A model generated the notes under the pieces. The model did not search any database and had not been told where the DNA came from. It was given only the letters and a program-made list of their open reading frames with translations. The position numbers and the translations under genes are program-made. Below are positions 62,714-64,000 of a stretch of 64,000 nucleotides of DNA, one piece after another (position 1 is the stretch's first letter; the number at the start of each line of letters is the position of its first letter). The DNA is taken from the NCBI GenBank assembly GCA_045130235.1, contig JBGUPJ010000021.1:256875-320874 (forward strand), given 5' to 3'. The stretch is from Bacteroidales bacterium (GTDB lineage Bacteria > Bacteroidota > Bacteroidia > Bacteroidales > WCHB1-69).

Positions 62714-62794
62714 GATTTTTGTAGTTCGGATGTTCGGCAGTCAAACGATAAAATGCGTTTTTTATTGTATTCAACTGCGCAATGTTTTTCGGTT

Positions 62795-63409
62795 TTACTC
62801 TTCTCCTAATGTCTGTCTGATTTTGCTTGTCAGAATGTCGATACCTTTCTCGTTCTGCCCACCCACTGGGATGATGATGTCGGCCAGCCGTTTCGTGGGC
62901 TCGATGAACGATTCGTGCATCGGTTTGACATATTTCTGATAATGGACAATGGACTTGTCGAGGCCGCGTCCGCGCTCGTTCACATCGCGTTGGATGATGC
63001 GGATAAGTCTTTCATCGGCATTGGTGTCCACAAATACTTTTAGATCAAGGATTTCTGCCAATTCTGGGTCGGTGAAGATGAGGATGCCTTCCACAATCAG
63101 CACTTTGGCCGGCGACACGGGGATCGTCTCCTTGCCACGACGGCAGGTGACATACGAGTAGGTGGGCATCTCCACACTTCTTCCCGCCTTCAACTCATTG
63201 ATATGCTGCACCAAAAGCGGCCATTCGATGGAGCGGGGATGGTCGAAGTTGATGGATTCGCGCTCCTCTTGCGTCAGTTCTCCGTTGTCGCGGTAGTAGG
63301 CGTCCTGCGACAGCACGCTCACCTTGTCCTGCGGCAGCGATTCGATGATTTTCTTCACAACGGAGGTTTTCCCTGAACCCGAACCTCCTGCTATACCGAT
63401 TACTAACAT
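62795..63409 (-). CDS. udk: Uridine kinase
   Basis: The 204-aa product has the P-loop 'IGIAGGSGSGKTS', plus 'NFDHPRSIEW', 'VEMPTYSY' and 'ILIVEGILIF'. Confidence 0.88.
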   Translation of the reverse strand: MLVIGIAGGSGSGKTSVVKKIIESLPQDKVSVLSQDAYYRDNGELTQEERESINFDHPRSIEWPLLVQHINELKAGRSVEMPTYSYVTCRRGKETIPVSPAKVLIVEGILIFTDPELAEILDLKVFVDTNADERLIRIIQRDVNERGRGLDKSIVHYQKYVKPMHESFIEPTKRLADIIIPVGGQNEKGIDILTSKIRQTLGEE

Positions 63410-63475
63410 GGTTTGATATGAATCTTATTGATAATTAAATTGTTGCAATAATTTTCAAATTCTTATTTGAATTTG

Positions 63476-63483
63476 CAAAAATA
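63476..63483 (-). promoter_or_regulatory. Bacteroides-type -7 box (TATTTTTG) for udk
   Basis: Plus-strand CAAAAATA lies 67 nt upstream of the ATG at 63409. Confidence 0.35.
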
Positions 63484-63586
63484 GTGAAAATATTTGTAAC
63501 TGATGAAATTTGAAAATGGAATCACCTTGGTGTCTATTTTTGCGGACAGCGACAGTGATGTAAATAACCTCTCCCTCAGGACCGGC

Positions 63587-63751
63587 AAGAAGGCCACCGT
63601 CATCACCACCAACCTCCCCTTCACAAGATGGGAGGAGGTCCTCAAGGACAAGGTCCTCTGCTCCGCCCTCGTGGACAGGCTATGCCACAAGTCCTACCTG
63701 GTCAACATGACCGGGACTTCCTACCGTATCAAAGAAACGAAAAATTTTTAG
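63587..63751 (+). pseudogene. IS21-family istB (helper ATPase) 3' relic
   Basis: 'KKATVITTNLPFTRWEEVLKDKVLCSALVDRLCHKSYLVNMTGTSYRIKETKNF*' matches only the last ~55 aa of IstB proteins. There is no Walker region and no istA. The first 28 codons of ORF 63503..63751 look unrelated. Confidence 0.7.
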
Positions 63752-63780
63752 AACAGAAATGATTTATAACACGCTTTTTG

Positions 63781-63788
63781 TATTTTTG
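63781..63788 (+). promoter_or_regulatory. Bacteroides-type -7 box (TATTTTTG) upstream of the last, partial gene
   Basis: Exact TAnnTTTG match 69 nt upstream of the ATG at 63857. It lies within or next to the IS21 relic end. Confidence 0.35.
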
Positions 63789-63856
63789 CAGTCCCAAAGT
63801 GGTATACTTTTGAATGGCACTTTGGTATATTTTAACGTGGTTATTTACATAACACT

Positions 63857-64000
63857 ATGAGAGGCCTTCTTTTTCCTATAAGAATTATATGTTTTCTGTG
63901 CGTTTTGAACGCTTTTGTTGGAGTTTCCGCTCAAGATACTACAAAATGTTTCAATACAGTCTTTTATGACACAATTTATTTCAGTAAAAATGGACAAGCC
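63857..64000 (+). CDS. 5' end of a secreted protein gene (partial, runs off the window)
   Basis: I translated it by hand as MRGLLFPIRIICFLCVLNAFVGVSAQDTTKCFNTVFYDTIYFSKNGQA. It has a signal-peptide-like N-terminus and stays open to the window end. Confidence 0.45.
   Translation, partial: MRGLLFPIRIICFLCVLNAFVGVSAQDTTKCFNTVFYDTIYFSKNGQA

Overview
This is a chromosomal segment from a Bacteroidota genome, most likely Bacteroidales and Prevotella-like. Three things support that placement. Most genes are preceded by the Bacteroides-type -7 promoter box TAnnTTTG. Two products end in T9SS sorting domains, one type A and one type B. The housekeeping genes fit the order: kamD, murC, udk, trmO, pepE, an S46 dipeptidyl-peptidase, an RND efflux pair, and Wzz plus an O-antigen ligase. 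About 36% of the window (5088-28184) is one uninterrupted 7,698-codon ORF. It encodes a signal-peptide-bearing, SprB-like giant surface protein built from at least 34 HYR-like 'TRTYTVxDxCGN' modules arranged in seven ~1.8-2.6 kb super-repeats. These are followed by a block of ~11 SprB-type repeats, a PKD domain and a type-B T9SS C-terminal domain. Two small lipocalin-like lipoprotein genes are translationally coupled to its 3' end. Other notable content follows. (i) An AT-rich CcrM/HinfI-like type II restriction-modification cassette (46492-48446) is bracketed by two inverted copies of a GC-rich, multi-hairpin ~150-200 bp repeat element. (ii) Heptanucleotide tandem arrays (TTTTCAR)n lie at five intergenic loci, all in the same orientation, and an (ATTAACT)8 array fills a whole intergenic spacer. 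(iii) kamD has no adjacent kamE. (iv) An operon of ABC ATPase, pepE and a 761-aa unknown protein is present. (v) There are gene relics: an IS21 istB tail, a T9SS CTD tail and an orphan 3' fragment. I saw no rRNA, tRNA or CRISPR array. All calls come from reading the ORF translations and the nucleotide text by eye. No searches were run.
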